A program made the position numbers and the translations under genes. Under the pieces are notes generated by a model. That model was given only the letters and a program-made list of their open reading frames with translations, did no database searches and was not told where the DNA came from. From the human T2T-CHM13v2.0 reference genome, Homo sapiens, in the NCBI RefSeq assembly GCF_009914755.1, contig NC_060925.1: a DNA stretch of 64,000 bases. One strand, 5' to 3'. Below, piece by piece: positions 63,140-64,000 of this stretch. Each line of letters starts with the position of its first letter. The first letter of the stretch is position 1.

Positions 63140-63542
63140 GAATTCCTTGTGGGCTACCCCCCAACATCACCAATGGATATTTCATTAGCACCGACAGAGA
63201 GTATTTTCACTATGGATCAGTGGTGACCTACCACTGCAATCTTGGAAGCAGAGGGAGAAAGGTGTTTGAGCTCGTGGGTGAGCCCTCCATATACTGCACC
63301 AGCAAAGATGATCAAGTGGGCGTCTGGAGCGGCCCAGTCCCTCAGTGCATTATACCTAACAAATGCACACCTCCAAATGTGGAAAATGGAATATTGGTGT
63401 CTGACAACAGAAGCTTATTTTCCTTAAATGAAGTTGTGGAGTTTAGGTGTCAGCCTGGCTTTGTCATGAAAGGACCCCCCGCACCGTGTGCAATGCCAGG
63501 CCCTGAACAAATGGGAGACAGAGCTACCAAGCTGCTCCAGGG
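63140..63542 (+). pseudogene. Frameshifted CR1 CCP10-11-like exon within CR1L
   Basis: ccag|GAATTCCTTGT...CCAGGG|gtgtgt; 403 bp versus 399 bp for paralog 47093-47491 (+4 nt at ~63475-63484); weakened donor. Confidence 0.9.
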
Positions 63543-64000
63543 GTGTGTTTGCCTGAGGCCTAGAAGGGCCCTGCAAGTGACATGCATTGCTGTTGGATCA
63601 GGAGATGAGTATTTGTTTAGGGGGAGGGATGTATGTTGAGGAGGGTGGGAAAGTAAGTTTTGGGGGAAGAAGCATGAAATTAAGAATCTGGGGTGTGCAT
63701 GCACCCATGCATATGTGTCTTCATTTTGAAAAGCAAGACCTTAATTAGCCAAGAAAACTGGTATTTTGGACTCACCTATTAATCAATTGTCAGGGCAAAG
63801 TACCAGCTGCAATCTCTCTCAATTATATTGAAAAATTATATGGACTTTATGGTCAGCTGTGCCCTAAGCACTTTGTATACATTATCTCATTTATTATTTA
63901 AAACAACACTGTCTTATTTAAGGGCTTGTGTTTTTGATGGCTCATCTTGTCTACTGATGCCACAATAGCTGGCTTAGCAGCGGAGTGGGAGGTGTTATGG

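Noticed and set aside
63001-63639. 212-aa ORF as a stand-alone gene
   Set aside because: Chance read-through from an Alu into the frameshifted CCP exon; no true ATG start or leader.

Overview
Primate (almost certainly human) genomic DNA from the regulators-of-complement-activation (RCA) cluster at 1q32.2, all genes on the + strand. Left part: exons 2-5 of the CD46/MCP-like pseudogene (CD46P1; premature TGA in the CCP3 exon), a CDCA4 processed pseudogene, and a junction of two convergent, 3'-truncated L1 elements where the CD46-like sequence stops. From about 21.7 kb: a CR1-like promoter/CpG-rich leader exon and the CR1L CCP (sushi) exons, equivalent to CR1 CCP1-6 and CCP9, then a frameshifted CCP10-11 exon. 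The CCP7-8 exons are missing, with an apparent orphan splice donor left at 53652. The rest is Alu, L1, L2/MIR, MaLR/ERV1 LTRs, Tigger1, MER1/MER5 and microsatellites. Most notable: phase-compatible CD46-like and CR1-like exons in one possible transcription unit; a weakened CR1-type leader exon; two tailless 5S rRNA retrocopies with TSDs; a perfect 58-bp palindrome; and transposons that date the internal CR1-type repeat duplication. Comparisons to CR1, CD46, CDCA4, 5S and repeat consensus sequences are from memory and need alignment. Repeat boundaries are approximate.
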